From: an uncultured Bacillales bacterium
GTDB lineage: Bacteria > Bacillota_I > Bacilli_A > RFN20 > CAG-826
DNA: 64,000 nucleotides
Assembly (NCBI GenBank): GCA_902464635.1
Contig: CABQKC010000009.1
Span: 4,224-68,223, forward strand
Reading direction: 5' to 3'
A program made the translations under genes and the position numbers. The notes beneath the pieces were generated by a model. That model did no database searches, had not been told where the DNA came from, and saw nothing but the letters and a program-made list of their open reading frames with translations. Below are positions 59,279 through 64,000 of the stretch, one piece after another (position 1 is the first letter of the stretch; each line of letters opens with the position of its first letter).

Positions 59279-60322
59279 TCAAAAATTTAATAGAGTTTCT
59301 TTTACTTCATCTTGATCTAATGTTGCAAAGTTAAATTCAATAACGTTCCCAACTGATTCAATTTCTATAGATGTCCGATAATAAGAGGCATATTTTGATA
59401 ATATCTTCTTGAATTCTACATAAGGAATACTATAGCCATATTCAGATGTAGCAGTCGAAGAACTATCTAATTCAGGAATAGAATAATCTTTTTTCTTACA
59501 ATAAAAAGCCGCGTCATATAGGAAATTTTCATCATTTACATTCCCAATAATTTGATAATTATAATTATAGAAATGCCCATTAAATTTAGGTAAATTCTCT
59601 TCTTTGCTGAAATCTATTTTAGAAACATAAATATCTTCTCTAGAACTAGAGCTTCCTCTTTCAATGACTTTATCCCCATCATAATAAGAATAAATATAAG
59701 AGAAGTATGTCCCACTTAGATTTATTTCTTTATCGGATAATAAATCTTCTTCTATTGTAAATTTAGACTCCCCATATAGCCCTACTAGTTCAAGTCCATT
59801 TTTGATAAATGGGATAGATTCTTTTTTGCTAAATTCAAAAGTCCTTATGTATTTAATGTAATCTAAAGCGGAATAATAATAAGTTATACCGTTAAAAGCA
59901 GATGAATTTAATAAACTAGATATTTCGCACCTATTTTCAGCTTCTCTTGCTTTATCTTTAGGTAAGTATAATCCAACTTTTTTCCCTTCATCATCAATAT
60001 CATAACTACGTTTTATTCGATAAAATGAATTCATTTCATCTTCAAGTTCCCTTTTAAAATCTGGATAAGGAACCGCGCATTGGCTACTGCTAGTAATGTT
60101 AGAAAGAATGGAATTGTAATAAGGGGACTTAGTCACATCATATTGATTAAGCAAGATGCAAGTAGGAATAATTATTAAAGCTAAAGCAGCCGGGACTAAT
60201 ATTGATAAACATATTTTCCATTTGTTGCTTTTAACTTTTTTGTCGATTTTTATTGCTTCGATTTCAGGAAGCTCGCTTTCTAATTTAGAAAGAAATTGTT
60301 TCTTGATTTGCCTCTTATTCAT
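59279..60322 (-). CDS. Single-pass membrane protein, anti-sigma-like by position
   Basis: About 35 aa of cytoplasmic N-terminus, one TM segment (ICLSILVPAALALIIIPTCILL) and about 290 aa outside. Overlaps the sigma gene by 4 nt. No zinc anti-sigma motif. Confidence 0.5.
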   Translation of the reverse strand: MNKRQIKKQFLSKLESELPEIEAIKIDKKVKSNKWKICLSILVPAALALIIIPTCILLNQYDVTKSPYYNSILSNITSSSQCAVPYPDFKRELEDEMNSFYRIKRSYDIDDEGKKVGLYLPKDKAREAENRCEISSLLNSSAFNGITYYYSALDYIKYIRTFEFSKKESIPFIKNGLELVGLYGESKFTIEEDLLSDKEINLSGTYFSYIYSYYDGDKVIERGSSSSREDIYVSKIDFSKEENLPKFNGHFYNYNYQIIGNVNDENFLYDAAFYCKKKDYSIPELDSSSTATSEYGYSIPYVEFKKILSKYASYYRTSIEIESVGNVIEFNFATLDQDEVKETLLNF

Positions 60323-60813
60323 TTTAATGCACCTCTAGTTTTCTTTATGGCGCGAGCATATCTAATCTTTAACGTAATTACAGGAACTTGCGTCAATTCC
60401 GAAATTTCCTTGAAGGAAAATCCAAAACAAAGCCTATAACCAATTACAACTCTTTCATCATGAGTTAAGTCGAAAGAAAGCAGTTCTTCCAATCTAGTAT
60501 GGTCTTTTTCTCCAACTAGATTTTCATCAAGAAGTTCATTGCTGCTTCTATTCTTGGCTTTTGCATAATTAATCGCCTTGTTCTTCGCACTTATGCAAAG
60601 ATAAGAATGAAGCTTAGAAGGGTCTTTGATTTGATTTCTATTCTCTAATACAGAAACGAATAAATCTTGATAGACATCCTCGCAATCTTCCTTGCTATTA
60701 ACATAGGTAGAAATAATGAAATATAGCAAACTACGGTATTTTAGATATACCTCGTTAGTTGCTTTTTCATCTCCTTGGATAAATTTTGTTGCCGTTAATT
60801 TAGATACGTTCAT
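60319..60813 (-). CDS. Sigma-70 family (ECF-like, regions 2 and 4) RNA polymerase sigma factor
   Basis: 164 aa with a region 2-like EDCEDVYQDLFVSVL...LHSYLCISAKNKAINY and a region 4 HTH FSFKEISELTQVPVITLKIRYARAIKK. Confidence 0.8.
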   Translation of the reverse strand: MNVSKLTATKFIQGDEKATNEVYLKYRSLLYFIISTYVNSKEDCEDVYQDLFVSVLENRNQIKDPSKLHSYLCISAKNKAINYAKAKNRSSNELLDENLVGEKDHTRLEELLSFDLTHDERVVIGYRLCFGFSFKEISELTQVPVITLKIRYARAIKKTRGALK

Positions 60814-60983
60814 ACGTTACTTTGAAAGATTCTTTCACTAGTTAAGACAATCCTAAATCAAGAAAAGTATATTTCTAATCAAGAAAAGTTTGAAATTAAA
60901 GAAAAATAATTGCAATCTTTCTTTATGTTTTTTTATAAAACTTGGGTTTATCTTCTATATTAATATAGAAATACAAATCTCTA

Positions 60984-61011
60984 TTGACTTATAAAACTTC
61001 TATCCTAAAAT
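60984..61011 (+). promoter_or_regulatory. Candidate thrS promoter
   Basis: TTGACT (60984-60989), a 16-nt spacer, then TAAAAT (61006-61011), directly before the T-box leader. Confidence 0.55.
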
Positions 61012-61014
61012 AAT

Positions 61015-61206
61015 GTCGGCGTTGAAGGAGACACGCTTCTTACTTATAGGTAAGAGGTACCACTCCGGAGCTCCTAATGATGAATTAGGCGGATTCTTCC
61101 GTTATCAAGAACTTGAGAGCGTATCTACTTATTATAGATATAGATACGAATTAAGGTGGTACCGCGTTATTTCTAGCGTCCTTATTTACTAGGGACGCTT
61201 TTTTAT
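61015..61206 (+). promoter_or_regulatory. T-box leader of thrS (Thr specifier)
   Basis: AAGGTGGTACCGCG at 61153-61166. Terminator AGCGTCC/GGACGCT (61175-61199) plus TTTTTT. Candidate specifier ACC followed by A at 61059-61062. Confidence 0.85.
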
Positions 61207-61219
61207 TGGAGGAAGAGAA

Positions 61220-63121
61220 ATGATAATTAAATATCAAGGGAAATCATTTGAAGTCGAAGATAACATCAATGGTTTCGGGTTTGCTAAGATTGCAGATCCA
61301 GAAAAGAAGAATAAGGCTATCGCATATAAGGTAAATGAAACTGAATACGATATGAATCATACCCTTTCTAATGGGGATGAAGTTAGTTTCATAATGAGCG
61401 AAGATAAGGATGGTTTTGAAATTCTTAACCACTCCTGCTCACACTTAATGGCACAGGCCATCATGCATCTATATCCAAATGCAAAACTAGGATTTGGTCC
61501 AGCCATTGAAGAAGGATTCTATTACGATATCGATTTCGGTGATGAAAAGATTTCTGATGCCGATTTTAAGAAAATCGAAGACGAGATGAAGAAGCTTTCT
61601 AAGGAGAATATTCCTTTCAAAAGAGAAGATGTCTCTAAAGAAGAAGCCCTAGAAATATTTAAAGATAACCCATATAAAGTCGAACATATCAACGAATTAG
61701 AAGGAGAAATCTCCATCTATAGACAAGGTGATTTTGTCGATTTATGTAGAGGTCCTCATGTCCCATCCACTTCCTACTTAAAGCATTTCAAACTTCTTTC
61801 TTTAGCAGGAGCTTATTGGAGAGGGGATAGCAAGAATAAGCAACTTACTAGAATCTATGCAACTTGCTGGAGTAGCAAAGAAGAATTAGACAATTACCTA
61901 GAAGTACTAGAAAAAAGAAAAGCCAATGACCATAGAAAACTAGGCAAGGAATTAGGATTATTCATGATTTCTGATTATGGTCCTGGATTCCCATTCTTCC
62001 TTCCAAAAGGAATGATATTGAAGAATGAATTAATCTCCTATTGGAGAGAAGTCCATACTAGAAGAGGCTATCAAGAAATTGAGACCCCAACCATGTTATC
62101 TCGTGAATTATGGGAAACTTCCGGACACTGGGATCATTATAAGGAAAACATGTACACCACTAAGATTGATGACAAGGATTTTGCCATCAAGCCAATGAAT
62201 TGCCCTGGTGCCATGCTTGTTTATAACAATTCACTCCACTCCTATAAAGATTTACCAGTGAGAATTGGTGAATTAGGACATGTCCACCGCCATGAAGCTA
62301 GCGGAGCCCTAAATGGATTATTTAGAGTCAGGGCCTTTACCCAAGATGATGCACATATATTATGCAGATTCGACCAACTTGAAGATGAAATCAAGGGAGT
62401 CATGGACCTATTTGATGAAGTCTATAACGTATTTGGATTAACCTATAGAATCGTCTTATCTACTAGACCAGATGACTATATCGGCGAGAAGAAGTTCTGG
62501 GATGAAAGTGAACGTATACTTTCTGAAGCCTGCAAGCATTCTGGACATGAATATACGATTAATCCTGGAGATGGGGCTTTCTATGGTCCAAAGCTTGACT
62601 TCAAATTAAAGGATTCCATGGGTAGGACTTGGCAATGCGGAACTATCCAGCTAGATGTCAACTTACCTCATAGATTTGGCTGCTACTATATCGATGAAAA
62701 CGGCAACAAAGTCGAACCAGTCATGTTACATAGAGTCGTATTTGGTTCCATCGAAAGATTTATCGGTATCTTAATCGAAAACTATGGAGGAGCCTTCCCA
62801 ACTTGGCTTAGCCCAGTTCAAGTAAAGCTTCTTCCGGTAAATCCGTCTATCCAAGGCGAATATGCTAAGAAAGTTGAAGAAGTATTAAAGCAAAGCGGAG
62901 TTAGGGTTGAATTAGATGATTCTAATGAAAAACTTGGCTATAGGTTAAGGAATGCCCAAGTCGAGAAAGTTCCATTTACCCTAGTTCTTGGTGATAAGGA
63001 AGTCGAAGATAATTCTGTTACCTATCGTGTATTTGGCGAGCAAAAGCAAGTCACTGTATCATTAGATAAATTTGTTGAATTGATACTTGATTCAATAAAG
63101 AACAAAAAAAGATATCTATAA
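61220..63121 (+). CDS. thrS: Threonine--tRNA ligase
   Basis: 633 aa with a TGS N-domain, HSCSHLMA editing-domain motif and class II core (HRHEASGAL, FYGPKLDF). Confidence 0.97.
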   Translation: MIIKYQGKSFEVEDNINGFGFAKIADPEKKNKAIAYKVNETEYDMNHTLSNGDEVSFIMSEDKDGFEILNHSCSHLMAQAIMHLYPNAKLGFGPAIEEGFYYDIDFGDEKISDADFKKIEDEMKKLSKENIPFKREDVSKEEALEIFKDNPYKVEHINELEGEISIYRQGDFVDLCRGPHVPSTSYLKHFKLLSLAGAYWRGDSKNKQLTRIYATCWSSKEELDNYLEVLEKRKANDHRKLGKELGLFMISDYGPGFPFFLPKGMILKNELISYWREVHTRRGYQEIETPTMLSRELWETSGHWDHYKENMYTTKIDDKDFAIKPMNCPGAMLVYNNSLHSYKDLPVRIGELGHVHRHEASGALNGLFRVRAFTQDDAHILCRFDQLEDEIKGVMDLFDEVYNVFGLTYRIVLSTRPDDYIGEKKFWDESERILSEACKHSGHEYTINPGDGAFYGPKLDFKLKDSMGRTWQCGTIQLDVNLPHRFGCYYIDENGNKVEPVMLHRVVFGSIERFIGILIENYGGAFPTWLSPVQVKLLPVNPSIQGEYAKKVEEVLKQSGVRVELDDSNEKLGYRLRNAQVEKVPFTLVLGDKEVEDNSVTYRVFGEQKQVTVSLDKFVELILDSIKNKKRYL

Positions 63122-63135
63122 TTAATTTATGGATT

Positions 63136-63167
63136 AGGGATCTAGAAAAAATTCTAGGTCCTTTTTT
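63136..63167 (+). terminator. Terminator of thrS
   Basis: AGGGATCTAGAA/TTCTAGGTCCT stem (one G-U pair) followed by TTTTTT. Confidence 0.75.
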
Positions 63168-63244
63168 ATTGCCTAATAAAGATATAGAAGAAAATATATA
63201 ACTTCTCTCTTTTATTTGTTTGAATCAGCATTTAAAATATCGTT

Positions 63245-64000
63245 ATGGAAAAAGCAATACCTCTATACAAATGTATATATACCGTTAATAAAAACATCCT
63301 CGACCTTATTTGTTCAATTGCCTATAAATGTGGCAAATTAACTACTTTGAATATGTCTTATCCTAAAGCAACCTTAGATGCGAATGAGACTAGTTATCTT
63401 TTAGAATTAACTGGAATAAAAATTAACCAAAGCAAGATAAGGGCTCTTTCTAGAGGAGAAAAGGTAAACGAGCCAAAACAAGCTGATGCGATTTATAAGT
63501 TATTATCTAGATTATCTAGTTTTGATCCAAACGATATTTCTTCAATAGAAAAATTCGAGAAGACTTATTTTGTTGATGGAGTGCCAAATAGGATGGCTAA
63601 GAAATTAGATGACTTCCCATTCCAAATCCCTCCTCATAACAAGATTGACCAATTATTAAAGGGACTCCATAAATTCTTTGAAAGTAAAGACGGGGCATCT
63701 TCCCCACTTATATTTGCCGCACTTTCTTTCTTTGAAATTATTTCTATTGCCCCATATTCAAATTCAAATATCATTCTAGCCTATTTATATTCAAAGGCAT
63801 TCCTTGGTAAATATTGTGGGGTATTAAGGCAAATTCCTCTTGCTAAATTATTATCTAGAAGCAAAGAAAAACTTAATGAATCTCTAGAGGAGAGTGCTTC
63901 TAGAGGCGACTGCACTTCTTTCTTTAGCTATTTCTTTGAATTAGTTGATTCTTCCTCAGATGAACTTTCCCATAAAGGAGTAAAGAAAGCCATCACGGTT
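63245..64000 (+). CDS. Fic-fold protein with degenerate active-site motif (3' end outside the window)
   Basis: My own translation is open from ATG 63245 to the window end (252 codons). SPLIFAALSFFEIISIAPYSNSNIILAYLY aligns to the Fic helix-motif region, with APYSNSN in place of HPFxxGNGR. Confidence 0.6.
   Translation, partial: MEKAIPLYKCIYTVNKNILDLICSIAYKCGKLTTLNMSYPKATLDANETSYLLELTGIKINQSKIRALSRGEKVNEPKQADAIYKLLSRLSSFDPNDISSIEKFEKTYFVDGVPNRMAKKLDDFPFQIPPHNKIDQLLKGLHKFFESKDGASSPLIFAALSFFEIISIAPYSNSNIILAYLYSKAFLGKYCGVLRQIPLAKLLSRSKEKLNESLEESASRGDCTSFFSYFFELVDSSSDELSHKGVKKAITV

Overview
Low-GC (about 30-38%) chromosomal segment from a Bacillota/Mycoplasmatota-type organism. The evidence is RNase HIII, a DnaB/DnaI loader pair, three T-box leaders and Bacillus-like synteny (polA-mutM-coaE, dnaB-dnaI, pfkA-pyk, ysgA-like-pheST). 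Long genes are intact under the standard code, so TGA acts as a stop, not Trp. The division cluster is reduced to mraZ-rsmH-small membrane ORF-ftsA-ftsZ with no mur, pbp or ftsW genes, and Cys-lipobox lipoproteins are present; this suggests a wall-less (Acholeplasma/Erysipelotrichia-like) lineage. Most of the window is housekeeping: ileS, pheST, thrS, ftsAZ, dnaE, polA, glycolysis (fba, pfkA, pyk, eno), ackA, glgB-glgP, ABC exporters and a GH13 glucosidase. The clearest accessory stretch lies between fba and the glg operon. It holds a 1206-aa secreted protein (two GLUG-type modules plus a BNR/sialidase-like propeller), a stand-alone CBS protein and an AT-rich two-gene cassette with its own promoter. 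That cassette (35088-36960, minus strand) encodes an ABC-type ATPase plus an RloB/Toprim-like protein and is my best candidate for an anti-phage system (AbiL-like or split-OLD-like, possibly a compact new subtype). Other points of interest: two paralogous ~60-aa two-TM peptides (one missing from the ORF track), an in-frame Fpg-CoaE fusion, a Fic-fold gene with a degenerate active site, a sigma/anti-sigma-like pair with upstream direct repeats, MraZ-box-like repeats on the mraZ start, and leaderless-type promoters. I found no rRNA, tRNA, CRISPR array, transposase or integrase.
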